From contig NC_087255.1 in the NCBI RefSeq assembly GCF_037042905.1, positions 31,310,001 to 31,374,000 of the forward strand: DNA of 64,000 nt, in the 5' to 3' direction. The notes beneath the pieces were generated by a model. The model made no database searches. It saw only the letters and a program-made list of their open reading frames with translations, and was not told where the DNA came from. Positions 63,333 through 64,000 of this stretch are shown piece by piece. The first letter of the stretch is position 1. Each line of letters begins with the position of its first letter. Made by a program: the position numbers and the translations under genes. The DNA comes from Lytechinus pictus. Its lineage: Eukaryota.

Positions 63333-64000
63333 AATGATCTGGGCACTGAGTTGGAAATATTTTTAAGGGGCTGTTTTTCCACATTAGGGTATTTACTGAA
63401 TTTAGGGGGCTATTTCTTTCATTTTTAAGGGCTATCTTTTTTGCACAACCAGGTATAATGTGTTAAAAATGCAGACATCATGCTGTCAAATGTATAATGT
63501 CAAAGCTCTCATTTCGATCACAGGGTCGTTGATAAGGACAATGACAAGGACAATGATCACTACACATGCTCAAACTAAGAGGAAGGGGGAGAAAGACAGA
63601 ATAGGGGAAAGGAGAAGAGTCCATGGATGGCCACCAAAGCTCTCGTTTTGACCATGGGGTCGATGACAAGACAATCATCACCCTCTTCACAATGGCCCAT
63701 TAATGCTCAAACTGAGCGAGGAGAAACTGGTCAATAGACTAATACTGAAGATAGACTGGCACAGGAACCGATCTTAATTAATTGAATTTTCCTAAAATTT
63801 TATAATACATTGAACCTAAATAATAATTGGACCAGCCCTCAACCTAGGCTTTATACAGGACCCATGCAGGAAGTCGCAAGAACAGAATAATTTTTTTTTT
63901 TTAAATACCACTTAGTCTTCGAAGTCGACATTTGCAGACACATGCTGACTACAAAACACTTTGTGACGAACCAGTGTGATTGCTATTACAAAGACTACAT

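Noticed and set aside
48100-64000. Other TTCnnnGAA sites (48707, 51280, 56752)
   Set aside because: A handful in 16 kb of AT-rich DNA is about what chance predicts.

Overview
AT-rich, repeat-rich eukaryotic (metazoan) genomic DNA with GT-AG introns and two assembly gaps. The MITE/SINE repertoire suggests an invertebrate deuterostome such as a sea urchin, but that is inference. Two protein-coding genes lie on the minus strand. (1) A class I cytokine receptor of the gp130/Domeless type, which I assembled by hand from 18 coding exons (47890->30835). All junctions are GT-AG with consistent phases, giving 4410 nt and 1469 aa. Its architecture is signal peptide, Ig domain, cytokine-receptor homology region (4 Cys, CxW, WSXWS degenerated to FGTWS), five further FN3 domains, TM helix, Box1-like LFKPAPDP and a ~584-aa tyrosine-motif-rich tail. 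Seven of its exons are absent from the ORF track. (2) A 150-aa Tctex-1-domain dynein light chain with a single coding exon (19791-20243). The rest is intron, UTR and intergenic DNA full of non-autonomous DNA transposons (Kolobok-, piggyBac-, PIF/Harbinger-, CACTA-like and unclassified), tRNA-derived SINEs, a decayed LINE ORF1 and simple repeats. Most other ORF-track entries look spurious.
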